A DNA stretch of 64,000 bases from Flavobacteriaceae bacterium (GTDB lineage: Bacteria > Bacteroidota > Bacteroidia > Flavobacteriales > Flavobacteriaceae), in assembly GCA_034523115.1 (NCBI GenBank), contig JAXHKS010000024.1, positions 7,846 to 71,845 of the forward strand, written 5' to 3'. Of the stretch, positions 35,958 to 47,871 are shown piece after piece (positions within the stretch are counted from its first letter, which is position 1; each line of letters opens with the position of its first letter). Below the pieces are notes generated by a model. That model searched no databases and was not told where the DNA came from. It worked only from the letters and a program-made list of their open reading frames with translations. The translations under genes were made by a program, and so were the position numbers.

Positions 35958-37251
35958 TTTTTTTCTTTTTGTTCTTCTTTTTAACCTTTTTAATTTCTCC
36001 GACGCATTCACCAAATCCTATACGTACCTCCTCATTTTTACAATAGCCTCTTAAAATAACGGTATCTCCGTTTTCAAGAAATGTTCTTTCTGTATTGTCA
36101 TTCAGTTTGATGGGTTCAGAACCGTTCCAGGTCAATTCAAGCATGGATCCAAAACTGTCCTTTGTTTCTCCGCTGATAGTGCCGCTTCCATAAAGGTCCC
36201 CGGTCCTGATATTACATCCATTGCTTGTTTGGTGGGTAAGTTGCTGGTAAACGGACCAATAGGTATTTTTGTAATTTGTATTGCAGACAACAGTTTCCAT
36301 TTCATTTTTTGGTTTGATAACCGCCTGAAGGTGAATGTCGTAGTTATTTTTTCCTTCCTGAAAAATATAAGGCAGGGGCTTGGGTTTTTGAACAGGACTT
36401 TCTACCCTGAAAGGCTGCAGGGCATCCATGGTGATGATCCAGGGAGAAATGGTGGTAGCAAAACTCTTTCCAAGGAATGGTCCGAGCGGTACATATTCCC
36501 AGGCCTGTATATCTCTGGCACTCCAGTCATTTAATAGGACCATTCCAAAAATATAATCTTCTGATTCTTTCAGGGAAATCGGATTTCCCAATTTGTTTCC
36601 TCCTGTTGTTAAAAATCCCAATTCCACCTCAAAATCGAGCGCACGTGTAGGTCCAAAGGTAATTTTATTATCCGTTTTGGATTTTCTTTGTCCGCGTGGC
36701 CTGCGGATTTTTGTTCCTGATTTCACTATAGATGAACACCGGCCATGGTATCCGATGGGTATATGCAGCCAGTTAGGCAAAAGCGGATTTTGCGGATCTC
36801 TGAAGAGTTTTCCGACATTGGTAGCATGTTCCTTACTTGAATAAAAATCTGTGAAATCGCAAACATTCACCGGCAAGAGCATTTCGACTTCATTTTCATC
36901 GAAAAGCACCTCTTCCCTATGTTTTTTATTATCCCTTAAAGCCGGGTTATTCAGATCAAAAACATCAGCAATTCTGTTTCTAACCAATAGCCAGGAGATT
37001 TTTCCATCGTCAATAAAATCATTCAGCGTATCCTGCATGAAAATGTCTTCGGTCAAAGGGATGCCCTCAAAATATCCTAACTGGTGTAGGGCAGCCAAAT
37101 CAATGCAGGTAGTTCCAATTTTTGTGCCGATTGTAATTACATCGTACTTGGTTATAAAAACTCCGAATGGAATATTTTGAATTGGGAAATCAGATTCGGG
37201 ACCAACTTCTAACCATGATTTTCTGTTGGGATCATTCGCCGTTATTTTCAT
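35947..37251 (-). CDS. fahA: Fumarylacetoacetase
   Basis: [57 protein letters not shown]. Confidence 0.95.
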   Translation of the reverse strand: MKITANDPNRKSWLEVGPESDFPIQNIPFGVFITKYDVITIGTKIGTTCIDLAALHQLGYFEGIPLTEDIFMQDTLNDFIDDGKISWLLVRNRIADVFDLNNPALRDNKKHREEVLFDENEVEMLLPVNVCDFTDFYSSKEHATNVGKLFRDPQNPLLPNWLHIPIGYHGRCSSIVKSGTKIRRPRGQRKSKTDNKITFGPTRALDFEVELGFLTTGGNKLGNPISLKESEDYIFGMVLLNDWSARDIQAWEYVPLGPFLGKSFATTISPWIITMDALQPFRVESPVQKPKPLPYIFQEGKNNYDIHLQAVIKPKNEMETVVCNTNYKNTYWSVYQQLTHQTSNGCNIRTGDLYGSGTISGETKDSFGSMLELTWNGSEPIKLNDNTERTFLENGDTVILRGYCKNEEVRIGFGECVGEIKKVKKKNKKKKINL

Positions 37252-37368
37252 AATGGGGGATTTAATTATGATAAATTAATGAGTCAAATATATAAGTTTA
37301 TCTCTATTTGCGAAATGATTTTATTATTTTTGACCGATTTTAACAAAAACTTAATTTTAATCGGCCAA

Positions 37369-38646
37369 ATGCAAAGAGATAAGCAAATATTTGACTTAAT
37401 AAAAAAGGAGAAAGAAAGACAATCACTGGGTTTGGAATTGATCGCTTCAGAAAATTTTGTGAGTGACCAGGTCCTCGAAGCTGCAGGTTCTGTGCTGACC
37501 AATAAATATGCTGAAGGATATCCCGGCAAGAGATATTACGGTGGCTGTGAGGTGGTTGACGAAGTAGAGCAGGTGGCAATCGACCGTGCCATGACCCTGT
37601 TCGGGTCGGTTTATGCGAATGTGCAACCGCATTCAGGCTCTCAGGCGAATGCGGCCGTTTATCAGGCAGTACTGCATCCCGGCGATGCCATACTGGGATT
37701 TGACCTGTCGCATGGCGGACATCTTACCCATGGATCACCGGTAAATTTTTCCGGTAAACTTTATAAACCTTCATTTTATGGGGTAGAAAGAGAAACAGGG
37801 GTTCTGAATTATGACCTAATCAAACAAAAAGCAGATGAATCTAAGCCAAAATTGATCATAGCGGGTGCTTCAGCCTACTCGAGAGATATGGATTTTGAAA
37901 AGTTCAGACAAATTGCAGACAGTGTTGGAGCGCTTTTGCTTGCTGATATTTCACATCCTTCCGGCTTAATTGCCAAAGGGATATTAAATGATCCGATGCC
38001 TCATTGTCATATAGTTACAACAACGACACATAAAACCCTACGCGGGCCAAGAGGAGGGATGATCCTTATGGGCAAAGATTTTGAGAATCCGCTAGGAGAG
38101 AAAACGCCTAAAGGAGAGATTAAAATGATGAGTGCCGTTCTAAACGGAGCTGTTTTCCCGGGTATGCAAGGCGGACCATTGGAACATATCATCGCTGCCA
38201 AAGCCGTTTCTTTTGGAGAGGCTTTAACAGATGAGTTCTTATTCTACCAGATCCAGGTTAAAAAGAATGCTGTTGCCATGGCAAAAGCCCTTGTGGAAAG
38301 GGGATATCACATCATTTCAGGCGGCACAGACAACCACATGATGCTGATCGACCTCAGAAATAAGAATATTTCCGGTAAGGAAGCAGAAAATGCGCTGGTA
38401 AAGGCGGATATTACTGTAAATAAGAATATGGTTCCTTTTGATGATAAATCACCTTTTGTTACTTCAGGAATCAGGGTGGGCACAGCGGCGCTTACAACAC
38501 GGGGATTAAAAGAGGCGGATATGGAAACTATTGCTGATTTGCTTGATAGGGTAATCGCCCAGCCGGGCAATGAATCGGTAATTAAAGAGGTATCTGAAAA
38601 AGTGAAGGCATTAATGGGGGGCAGGCCTTTGTTTGTCTGGAAATAA
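37369..38646 (+). CDS. glyA: Serine hydroxymethyltransferase
   Basis: [38 protein letters not shown]; -7 element TATTTTTG at 37325-37332 supports ATG 37369. Confidence 0.98.
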   Translation: MQRDKQIFDLIKKEKERQSLGLELIASENFVSDQVLEAAGSVLTNKYAEGYPGKRYYGGCEVVDEVEQVAIDRAMTLFGSVYANVQPHSGSQANAAVYQAVLHPGDAILGFDLSHGGHLTHGSPVNFSGKLYKPSFYGVERETGVLNYDLIKQKADESKPKLIIAGASAYSRDMDFEKFRQIADSVGALLLADISHPSGLIAKGILNDPMPHCHIVTTTTHKTLRGPRGGMILMGKDFENPLGEKTPKGEIKMMSAVLNGAVFPGMQGGPLEHIIAAKAVSFGEALTDEFLFYQIQVKKNAVAMAKALVERGYHIISGGTDNHMMLIDLRNKNISGKEAENALVKADITVNKNMVPFDDKSPFVTSGIRVGTAALTTRGLKEADMETIADLLDRVIAQPGNESVIKEVSEKVKALMGGRPLFVWK

Positions 38647-38682
38647 GCCATATACAGATTACTGAAAATTCAGCATTTATAC

Positions 38683-38720
38683 GAGCAAAAAAAAACCTCC
38701 AAAGGAGGTTTTGCTTTTTT
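38683..38720. terminator. Bidirectional intrinsic terminator
   Basis: AAAACCTCC-AAA-GGAGGTTTT stem flanked by A and T tracts between convergent genes. Confidence 0.85.
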
Positions 38721-39359
38721 AAAACTTGTAGTAGAAACTCAGGATTACCTGTTCAGGGTTTGTGTCGATTCTCACAACACCATTCTGTGAAGCACCGGCA
38801 GGATCGCCTTCAAAAGTTGCTTCCGTATCAGAAAAGCCTGTTTCATAGCGAAGGTCTGCACCAAATTTTTTCAAAAATTCTACCCCAATACCTATCTGGC
38901 CGTTTACGACCATAATCATCCGCATTTCGATACTTTTTTACATCATCAAAAGCCTCAGAGCTCGACAGATCTGTAATCGATCATATAAGAAAAAACAGGG
39001 CCTGCAATGATTCTACCCCAATGAAGTATTTTTAACCCGGCCAAAACAGGAACATCTATTTTATTCATCTCGAGGGCCTGTTTATTGCCATCCAGTTTGT
39101 AACTGCTTTCTGTGTGGGTGTAATTCAGTTCAGGTCTTATATAAAGCCATAGCGGTAAATTAATTTCGCCAAAAACACCAAAATGATAGCCTGCCTCTTC
39201 AATTGATTTGACATCCAGATTTCCAATAAATCCGGATACCTCACTCATATTCCCATTCGAGTTATTATTCACCCCTCCTTTAATACCAAAACTAAAAAGC
39301 TGGGCGCTGGCAGTACTTATTCCAAGTGCTAAAAATAAAAACAAAATACCTTTTTTCAT
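38719..39359 (-). CDS. Small outer-membrane beta-barrel (porin-family) protein, fragmented
   Basis: Signal peptide, FGIKGGVN, YIRPELNY, IDVPVL, ADLRYE, terminal SFYYKF. Confidence 0.82.
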
Positions 39360-39433
39360 GAGATTTAAATTAATTGATTAAGGCAAAAATAAGATTATTT
39401 CCTACACAAACAAAACTTGAAAAGGTTCATAGA

Positions 39434-40013
39434 TCAGAAATACTTTAAGAAATCATACAACTTTGCCGTGGGCAATCCCATCACATTAAAATAACTTCCT
39501 TCAATGCTGCTTATCCCTATGAGGCCTATCCAGTCCTGTATTCCATAGCTCCCTGCCTTATCCAATGTCTCGTATTGTTCAACGTAGTAGGTTATTTCCT
39601 CAGATTCCAGGTTTTTAAAGTAAACCCGGGTTATTTCATTGCTTACAATTTCCTTTTTGAGGCTAATGAGACAGAAAGAGGATACCACCTCGTGCATTTT
39701 TCCCGACAGTCCTTGCAACATGCGTTGCGCCTCTTGTCTTATTTGAAGGTTTGCCCAGGGCTTTTCCTTCAAGCCAGACTATAGTATCAGCGGTAATAAG
39801 CAGTTCATCATCATTGAGTTCCTCCAGAAAGGCCTCTGCCTTTAATTTGGCGAGATAGTCGGTAATCTCTTCACGCTGCAGATGGGAAGGGTAATTTTCA
39901 GGGATATCCCTGAGCCTTATTTCAAACTTTAGCCCCAGGTCCTTAAAAAACTGCTGCCTTCTGGGCGAACCGGAAGCCAAAATGATCTTGGTATTCTCTA
40001 AATTTTTTAACAT
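39434..40013 (-). CDS. maf: Maf-family nucleotide pyrophosphatase (indel near 39770)
   Basis: IILASGSPRR, ITADTIV, DKAGSYGIQ, GSYFNVMGLP. Confidence 0.93.
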
Positions 40014-40014
40014 A

Positions 40015-40920
40015 TCAAACAAACAATATACCCAGCATGCCGGTAAGCATAATGACTTTTAAAAATAAGGAACTTTTTTTATAATCTGTTTTTGTACTGT
40101 TGCTTTTTACCAGATACACAAAATACAACAAAGGCATTATAGCCGCAATAAGAAGATAAAGAAATAAAAAAGTATGTAAAGTATAGTTTTTTAAGGAAAA
40201 AATAAAAATCAATATACAGGTCGTTATTCCCGTGATCATAAGTACCTTATTCGTGATTTTAAAACCAAAACGCACCGGAAGCGTATCGCTTCCGGTCAAT
40301 CTGTCGCCTTCAACATCTTCCGCGTCCTTGCTGACCTCCCTTAATAAGGTAAGCAAAAAAGCAAAGGTCCCAAAACTGAGAACGTATTTAAAAACTACCA
40401 GACTGTTGCTGGAGGTTCCCGGATTAATTCCCGGAATGAGGTCGAAAAAGGCAATGATGATAATGCTAATAAATAGGAGCAAACCAATTAATATATTTCC
40501 TGATAAAAAACTATATTTTAAGTACTTAGAATAAATTACCAAAAGCAAAACTGTAAGTGGATGCCATAGGAAATTAATTGTTTTTCCTACGAAAAAGCTC
40601 AGGTATAGCCCAATGGCAAGTCCTGCAAGACTTAAGATGGCATAGGCAATTTTCGCAAGGGAAACACTTATGCTTTTGTTGATGATGACCTTTTCCGGTT
40701 TGTTGATGGTATCTGTCCTGACATCAAAAATATCATTGATGACATAGCCTCCGGCCATAATGAGCATACAGGATAAGGATAATAAAAAAAACTTGGAAGT
40801 GCTGAGAAAGGGGAGTATCGAATACTTTGGAAAAAGAGAAAACCGCAGCAGCAGGTGAACCAGCAATAGCATGATCAGGTTTTGCCATCGGATCAGTTGA
40901 AGCCATGGCCCAATTTTCAT
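40015..40920 (-). CDS. UbiA-family prenyltransferase (DGGGP-synthase-like)
   Basis: GYVINDIFDVRTDTINKP and REVSKDAEDVEGD Asp-rich motifs; multi-TM. Confidence 0.9.
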   Translation of the reverse strand: MKIGPWLQLIRWQNLIMLLLVHLLLRFSLFPKYSILPFLSTSKFFLLSLSCMLIMAGGYVINDIFDVRTDTINKPEKVIINKSISVSLAKIAYAILSLAGLAIGLYLSFFVGKTINFLWHPLTVLLLVIYSKYLKYSFLSGNILIGLLLFISIIIIAFFDLIPGINPGTSSNSLVVFKYVLSFGTFAFLLTLLREVSKDAEDVEGDRLTGSDTLPVRFGFKITNKVLMITGITTCILIFIFSLKNYTLHTFLFLYLLIAAIMPLLYFVYLVKSNSTKTDYKKSSLFLKVIMLTGMLGILFV

Positions 40921-41375
40921 TGGTGCTGTTTTTTTATTCTGTCGAGATCCCTTTTGCTATCCCTGTCTTTGATCGTTTCCCGCTTATCATGAAGTTTTTT
41001 ACCTTTTACCAGGGCTATTTGCAATTTGGCCCAGCCCTTGTCCGTGATAAACAGTTTTAAAGGTACTATGGTAATACCCACATTTTGTACCTCCTTATAC
41101 AACTTTTTAAGTTCTTTCTTTTCAAGCAGCAGTTTGCGAGCGCTCTTGGGCAGGTGGTTGTAGTAACCTCCGTGTTTGTATTCTTCAACATACATGTTAA
41201 TTACAAAGAGTTCACCTCCCTGGTTGAACTCACAAAAACTTTCGGTAATCCTGGCTTTGCTTTCACGGATAGATTTTATTTCAGTTCCGCCGAGCTGCAA
41301 TCCGGCTATATAGGTATCCAGAATTTCGTACTCAAAATGAGCTTTCTTATTCTGTATGTTGATCTTCTTTTGCAT
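40917..41375 (-). CDS. smpB: SsrA-binding protein
   Basis: NKKAHFEY, AGLQLGGTEIKS, RKLLL, TIVPLKL, GKKLHDKR. Confidence 0.97.
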   Translation of the reverse strand: MQKKINIQNKKAHFEYEILDTYIAGLQLGGTEIKSIRESKARITESFCEFNQGGELFVINMYVEEYKHGGYYNHLPKSARKLLLEKKELKKLYKEVQNVGITIVPLKLFITDKGWAKLQIALVKGKKLHDKRETIKDRDSKRDLDRIKKQHQ

Positions 41376-41447
41376 CATGCAAAAATAAACATTTACTTAG
41401 GATCAATTCATAGTATTTTCTGCAATATCAGGTTTTTCCCTAATAAA

Positions 41448-42257
41448 TCAATTATGCAGGTGGCTCCCGCATGAATAGCAATATTCAGCATTGTTCCTGT
41501 GCTTGTCCGCTGCGCAATTCGGACAGGACTGCGTATTTAATTGCAGGTCCTTATCTTGTTTTGTAAATTCGGAGGTAACAATACCGGTTGGGATCGCGAT
41601 GATACCATAACCCATCACCATGACCAGGCTGGCGAGGAATTGCCCCAAAGGAGTTTGGGGTGCTATGTCACCATAACCCACCGTGGTCAGGGTAACAATG
41701 GCCCAGTACATGCTCACCGGTATGCTGGTAAACCCACTTGCCTCTCCTTCAATCACATACATAATAGTGCCGATAATGATACACAGAATAATCACGGTGG
41801 AAAGAAATACCATGATCTTAAACCTGCTCCCGTATATGGCCTGCCTAAGTTTCTGCGAGGCTCCCACGAAGGAGCCCAATTTTAATATGGTGAAAATCCT
41901 TAAGAGTCTTACAGCGCGCAGCAACAAAAGGGCATGGGCTCCGCCGAAGAAAATAGAAATATACATAGGAAGGGTAGACAATAGGTCAATGATCCCATAA
42001 AAACTAAAAATATACTTTGCAGGTTTATTGACGGTTAATATACGCAATACATACTCTAACGTGAATAAAACGGTGATGACCCACTCTGAGTAATAAAAAA
42101 AAGCATGGTATTTTGCGTCCAGTGATTTTACACTTTCGAGCATCACCAACATGATACTCATCGTGATCACACCAATCAATATAATATCAAAGAGCCTTCC
42201 TTCCCTGGTATCAGATTCATAGATGATTTCATGTATTCTTTTTCTCCAGTGCTGCAT
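41448..42257 (-). CDS. Voltage-gated-type potassium channel
   Basis: S4-like LRAVRLLRIF, filter TTVGYGD, C-terminal CxxC...CxxC ribbon. Confidence 0.92.
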   Translation of the reverse strand: MQHWRKRIHEIIYESDTREGRLFDIILIGVITMSIMLVMLESVKSLDAKYHAFFYYSEWVITVLFTLEYVLRILTVNKPAKYIFSFYGIIDLLSTLPMYISIFFGGAHALLLLRAVRLLRIFTILKLGSFVGASQKLRQAIYGSRFKIMVFLSTVIILCIIIGTIMYVIEGEASGFTSIPVSMYWAIVTLTTVGYGDIAPQTPLGQFLASLVMVMGYGIIAIPTGIVTSEFTKQDKDLQLNTQSCPNCAADKHRNNAEYCYSCGSHLHN

Positions 42258-42384
42258 ATTACTTTATGGATTAATCCGCGATAATTTTATCAAACAAACG
42301 GTAATAATCGTTCAAGCTAAGATAAAAGGTTTATTGAAGAATAGAAAATAATTTTGAGGGACATTTATCTTGGCATAGCCACAA

Positions 42385-43464
42385 TTAAAAACGGATGATT
42401 TTTTCAACCATTTCATTCTTCAGATATTTTTGAAGCAAATGGTTAAACTGATTTGTAAAATTATTAACTGTGATTAATGACCGCAGTACTTCCGGATTGT
42501 TGATCTGGTAATTCAAATCTGTGAATCCATAGCCGGTAAGTTGGTTGTTTTCAATGAGAATTACCGACTTTTCCGCCAAATTTCTCCCTTTATCTATCAG
42601 GATCATATTGGGATTGCTGTATGGTGCCGATTTGGAAGTCTTTAACTTTTCTATATTGTATTTAGGCCGGTGAATTTGAAGGATCTCGAGGTATTTTATT
42701 TCTCTGATCAGTTTGCTTCCCGTTTCTTCAAAAGCCAAAGACACCATCTCTTTTCTTATCAGTCTGGCCTCTTCGGTGTTTTTTAGAAATAAGTTGTTAA
42801 CACTTTGATAAACACTTTTTCCTTTGCCTGTATAGATAATCTCCCTTTTGAAATTATAGATATAGAAAATTCCGGTCGATTTAGGCAGGCCTTCAAGAAT
42901 TTTCAACAGTTTCTTTGACATATCCCTTTCATTGCCTATTTTGATCGTTTTGCTGATAATCTCCTTATGCTGATCCTTTTGCAACAGAATCTTTAACAAT
43001 TTCAAGGTAGCCAGTGCATCGCCATCTGCCCTGTGTCTGTCACTCACGGGGATACCCAATTTTCTGCACAGCTTGCCCAGGCTGTAAGATTCCTGATCAG
43101 GAATTAATAGTTTTGAAAGCTCAACGGTGCATAGGGTAGGCCGTTCAAAATGAAAGCCCAGTTGTTTGAACTCATTGTGCAGAATCCGATAGTCAAAAGT
43201 GGCATTGTGCGCAACCAGGGTGCAATTTTCTGTCAATTCCACAATTCTCTTTGCGAGTTCGTGAAATTTGGGCGCCGTTCTCAGCATGGCCTCATTAATA
43301 CCTGTAAGCTGCACCACGAAAGGTTGGATGCTCCTTTGGGGATTGATCAGGCTCACCAGCTTATCACGGATTTCGATGCCATCATATTTGTAGATGGCAA
43401 TTTCGGTAATTCCCTCTTCATTGTATTTACCACCGGTGGTTTCTATGTCTAATATTGCGTACAA
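42385..43464 (-). CDS. DnaQ-like (DEDDh) exonuclease with C-terminal GIY-YIG-like domain
   Basis: TTG start before YAILDIETTG; VAHNATFD, HRADGDA; then GIFYIY...IIYTGK. Confidence 0.88.
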   Translation of the reverse strand: MYAILDIETTGGKYNEEGITEIAIYKYDGIEIRDKLVSLINPQRSIQPFVVQLTGINEAMLRTAPKFHELAKRIVELTENCTLVAHNATFDYRILHNEFKQLGFHFERPTLCTVELSKLLIPDQESYSLGKLCRKLGIPVSDRHRADGDALATLKLLKILLQKDQHKEIISKTIKIGNERDMSKKLLKILEGLPKSTGIFYIYNFKREIIYTGKGKSVYQSVNNLFLKNTEEARLIRKEMVSLAFEETGSKLIREIKYLEILQIHRPKYNIEKLKTSKSAPYSNPNMILIDKGRNLAEKSVILIENNQLTGYGFTDLNYQINNPEVLRSLITVNNFTNQFNHLLQKYLKNEMVEKIIRF

Positions 43465-43483
43465 ATTAAAGGCAGTGCATAAG

Positions 43484-44470
43484 TTATTTCTGGGTGATGT
43501 CGTCAACTGCGATCTGTTCCTTTCGGTTTACAATTTCCCAGGCGGTGTAAAAAATGAGGTTTGTTCTTTTAGCCAGAGCTTCGTAGTTAATTTTATCTGC
43601 TGTATCCGTTGGCTTGTGGTAATCCTCATGGGTTCCGTTAAAATAAAAAATAACCGGAATATTGTTTTTGGCAAAATTGTAATGATCGGATCTGTAATAA
43701 TACCGGTTTGGATCTTTCTCGTCGTTGTAGGTATAATCAAGTTCCAGGTTTACCGTTTCTTTATTCACTTTTTCAGACAAATTATGTAAGTCTTTGCTCA
43801 ACTTATCTGAGCCTATGAGATAGACATAATCAGGATTATTTTGATGCTTGTCATCAATTCTGCCAACCATATCAACATTCAGATTGGCAATGGTTTTCTC
43901 CAAAGGAAAGATAGGATGGGAGGTATAGTACTTTGATCCGAACAGGCCAATTTCTTCTCCGCTTACATGCAAAAACAAGATAGACCTGTCAGGATGCCTG
44001 CCTTTCATTTTTGCCTTTTGGAAAAGTCTGGCGATCTCCATCAGGGCAGCATTTCCTGAGGCATCATCGTCAGCTCCAAAATAGATATCTTCTCCCTTTG
44101 TGCCCAGATGGTCATAATGGGAAGAAATCACCAATACTTCATCCGGATATTTTGATCCTTTAATAAAGGCTACCACATTTTCCGCGCTATCCTTTGATTT
44201 GCCGTTAAAGAATTCAAGAGGGATTATTTGCTGGTAATCCGCGTGCCCGGCCGGTGCTTCCAGTTTGAGATTTAAATAATAATCTGCGAGATAGGCTGCA
44301 GCCAGTTTTTGTCCCTTTTCACCTGTTTTTCTGCCACCAAACTCCGCTGAGGCAAGTTTGCTTACATGTTGTTTCAGGTTGTTCTCGTCACTTGTGTATC
44401 CTGTGTATGACTGTCCGGAACTGCAAGCGATCACAGTAAAGATTAATAGAAATAAGAATATTTTTTTCAT
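43484..44470 (-). CDS. M28-family metallopeptidase lipoprotein
   Basis: MKKIFLFLLIFTVIACS lipobox; SSHYDH, GADDDASG, SGEEIGL, NVDMVG, RSDH, DYHKPTD. Confidence 0.93.
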   Translation of the reverse strand: MKKIFLFLLIFTVIACSSGQSYTGYTSDENNLKQHVSKLASAEFGGRKTGEKGQKLAAAYLADYYLNLKLEAPAGHADYQQIIPLEFFNGKSKDSAENVVAFIKGSKYPDEVLVISSHYDHLGTKGEDIYFGADDDASGNAALMEIARLFQKAKMKGRHPDRSILFLHVSGEEIGLFGSKYYTSHPIFPLEKTIANLNVDMVGRIDDKHQNNPDYVYLIGSDKLSKDLHNLSEKVNKETVNLELDYTYNDEKDPNRYYYRSDHYNFAKNNIPVIFYFNGTHEDYHKPTDTADKINYEALAKRTNLIFYTAWEIVNRKEQIAVDDITQK

Positions 44471-44608
44471 TTTGATAAGCATAAGTAGGTTCATTATAAG
44501 CCAAAAAACAAAGGTATCGTTTTGTCCGTTTAAACCGGAATCAATATTAACATTAAGGGTATTTAAACCAGCACGCATCATTTCCGGTAAGCGAGTTTTT
44601 TTTCTGCG

Positions 44609-44993
44609 CTATATTTTTTTGGCAGTCATGGAGATCTCTACATGCACATATTTGGGCAATGCCGCAACCTGTATTGTTTCCCGCGCCGGCGCATAGTCAG
44701 CTGTAAAATAACTGCCATAGGCTGCATTTATTTTGGCAAAGTCGTTCATGTCAGTAATAAAGATGGATGTTTTGACAACAGATGAAAAATTCATACCGGC
44801 AGCTTCGAGGATGGCTTTCAGGTTTTCCATTACCTGGATTGTTTCAGTAGTAATATCAGCTGTTTTAAGTATCTCCGGTTTTTGGATCTATCGCGATCTG
44901 ACCTGAAATAAAAAGTTGGTCACCGGTTAAAATTGCCTGGCTGTATGGCCCTATGGGAGCCGGTGCTTGCGGGGTATTGATTACTTTTTTCAT
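44609..44993 (-). CDS. ridA: RidA/YjgF-family imine deaminase (indel near 44870)
   Basis: [44 protein letters not shown]. Confidence 0.92.
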
Positions 44994-45084
44994 TTGTCTG
45001 GTATAATTTTAAATTTTGTTTAATATTTTGTTGATAATGATTTGTCGGTTTAAATCGTTTAAAGCATTTTTCAATTCAACAGCG

Positions 45085-47726
45085 TCAGAATAACCTCTTA
45101 TCCGGTTTTGATCTCTGGTCGTATTTCAGATCGCTTAAAGCAGAGGATTTTACGCCTATGAAAAAATAATAAGTCGCTCTGTCACCGAAAGGAACCCAGT
45201 TAAAACTAAACCTCCAGCTGTCGAGATCGCGTTCAAAGCGCAATTGGGTGTAAGTTACACCTTTTCCCACAAAATCATAGCCTGAAGAAACACCTATCCT
45301 CCATTTCGGAGAGAATCCGATATTCCCGTCCATCTGCAATGAATTCGTTGAAATGGAGTTTTGTCCAATTGAATTGGAGAAATTGAATGAATATCGCATC
45401 GACACATTCCAGGGCATTTTGCTTTTGTATAACTCAGTTACTTTAACTTCCTCCTTTTTATCCGTATTTATGGTCTGCCTGTTATCAGCGATTCTTCTTC
45501 CCAACATGGGATCAGCATAGGGATCTTCTATTTCATTCCTGTCATCAGTACTTGTCTGTTTTGTTTTGTTTTTTCCTATTTCATTGCTCGAAATGGAGTA
45601 ATTTGCATTCATCCCCGCATCGGTCAACCTAAACAGGCTACCTCCATTATTGATATTGAACTTGTTGATCCTGCTTCCATTGGCATTTATGGCATAAGGA
45701 TCCAAGGAGGCATTAAAGTTTATATTCAGTTTGTTTTTTAAAAGCTGGGTACCGGCCGTCATTCTCACAGGGGCCAGCTGCATGGAGTCGAGCGCAAAAT
45801 TGTAATTGGTCGAAAAATTGAGGTTGTTCAACAGGATGAGTTTTTCCGGATCTTCATCATCTTCGGCATCTTTCTTCATCATTTTTCCTTCGAAGACATT
45901 GTCCAAAGAAAATGCGACCGAGTTGGACTCTCCTCTGGAAGGTCCTCCAAAAATCCCCTGCTCAAACCTGTTGTATTGCTGGATATTCCTGGGGTCAATA
46001 GATGCCTGGTACTCATCGTAATAGGTGCCAAAATCGGGCCGGTAGCCATATCCAATGGAAGGCCTGACCGTATGTCTGATAGCGCGCAGCCTGCCTTTGT
46101 TGAAATTGATCATGCCATAGAGTGTGGTAGAGGCAGAAACATTGGCAGAATACTCACGGTAACTGTCAAAACCCTGAATGGTATCTATTTTTACAACTTC
46201 GTTAATCGTATCCCAATTCTTTTCGATGGTATTTAAATAAGAAACTTCCGTGTAGTTCACATTGGGTGAAATGGTAAAGTATTTGAAGGCCTTTAAATTG
46301 GTGCCAAGGCTTATATTTTGCTGTAGGCCGGACTGTGCATTTTTTAAAGCTTCTGAAGAAAATAATTCTTCTCCCGTAGTCGAAACCCTGTTTTGAATAT
46401 TCATGTTATAGGTAACTCCCATATTCTGTATGGGGTTTTTCTTTGGCCCGGATCGCGGTGCGAAAGGGTAGATACGATCCATGTTCAACTGAAGGGAAGG
46501 GAGGTTTAGATCTACTTTATCTGTATTGGTATTCTGCGTATGGGTGATGGAAGTATTCATATTAAAGGGGGTACCCTCAAATTTTTTGTAATAATTGACC
46601 GAGGAATTAAAGGTATTTACCAGATAAGAGGGAGAACTGAACTCATTATATGAATCCTTAAAGAAATCACTGCTACCAAAATTAACAGAGGCAGAAAAGC
46701 GCGAATTGGGATTTACCATGGCAGACTGGCTATGGGTCCACCGCACAAAATAGTTTGTGGTCTTGCTGTAATCCGGAAGCCCTAACGAACTGTTGATTAG
46801 ACTTTCATATCTCAAACTGAAATTCCCATTAAATTGGTATCGTTTCGCATAATTTGATTCCGTTCTGATCCCCCAGCTTCCATTTGTGTAAACATCTCCG
46901 AGCACTGCCAGATCCACGTAGTCATTTATGGCAAAATAATAACCGCCGTTCTGAAGAAAATAGCCCTGGCTGTTGTTTTGCCCCCAGGTTGGAATCAGAA
47001 ACCCCGAAGCCCTTCCCTTTGAAATGGGTGCATAGAAAAAAGGCAGAAACAGGGGTGTTGGCACATCGGCAATGACAAGATTGCTAAAGCCACCTACAAT
47101 TTTACTGCTTGGAACAACTTTTATATTGGAAGTGGAAATATAGTAATCGGGTTTGTCTTTTTCTGAGGTGGTAAACCTGGCCTTATTAATATAAAATACT
47201 GAATCATTCTCTTTTTTTGTCAGCTCACCCAAAATAAACACGCCCTGTTGTTCAATCCGTGAATTGTAGATCAGGGCCTTTTCTGTTTTAAAATTATAAA
47301 TGAGTGAGTCCTGCTCAGTTTTCTGATTACCCTGTTTAAATTGCGGTTTTTGAGTATAAACACCTGCCGTATCTATAATCCCTTTTGCAAAAGCCAGACT
47401 CTTTTTATAATCGATAATAATTTCCCCTGCCTTCAGTTCGATATCCCCATAAACCAGTTCGGCCTCATCGTAAAGGTATACCTGCTGGCTGATAAAGTCA
47501 CTGAGCACATAGTCTTTTGCCTTGTGTTTGATGTTGTTTTTTAAAAATTCCGGAGTAATTTTTGAACTGTCAATTTTTGTGGTATCCGTTTCTATTGCAT
47601 TTATTGATCACAGCCTTCTACTGACGGAATAGTATCCAGGTTAATTGGGTTCTGGCAATAAATGCCAGGCAATACAATGAATATTGTAAAGAAAGTTAAA
47701 ACTATATAACGAATGTTTGTATGCAA
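45085..47726 (-). CDS. lptD: Putative LPS-assembly protein LptD (Bacteroidota type), indels in the 5' part
   Basis: ADVPTPLFLPF, GYFLQNGGYYFAINDY, YTNGSWG, RDLDSWRFSFNWVPFG, LSDLKY; start TTG 47726 (alternative TTG 47777 overlaps a -7 element). Confidence 0.88.
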
Positions 47727-47871
47727 TACTTTAAATACTATTTTTGTACGAGAAAAAGCCTTCTTTTTGAATTGCAAACTTACATATATTTTTTTGCTGT
47801 AAAGTTTTTCAATTAGTAAAAAGTTGGATAAGGAAAGCAGGAATAATTTTTTGATAAAATTATAGATTGAA

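Noticed and set aside
35947-35990. Lys-rich C-terminal tail of FahA overlapping the ytxJ stop
   Set aside because: Encoded by homopolymer tracts prone to indel error; cannot be told apart from a misread stop region.
40015-40920. DGGGP-synthase-like gene as evidence of archaeal-type ether lipids
   Set aside because: This UbiA subfamily is common in Bacteroidota and no partner GGGP synthase lies in the window, so the sequence alone supports no such claim.
40917-41447. tmRNA, tRNA or integration site near smpB; CRISPR arrays or IS elements anywhere in the window
   Set aside because: No tRNA-like ends, regularly spaced repeats, transposase or integrase motifs were seen.
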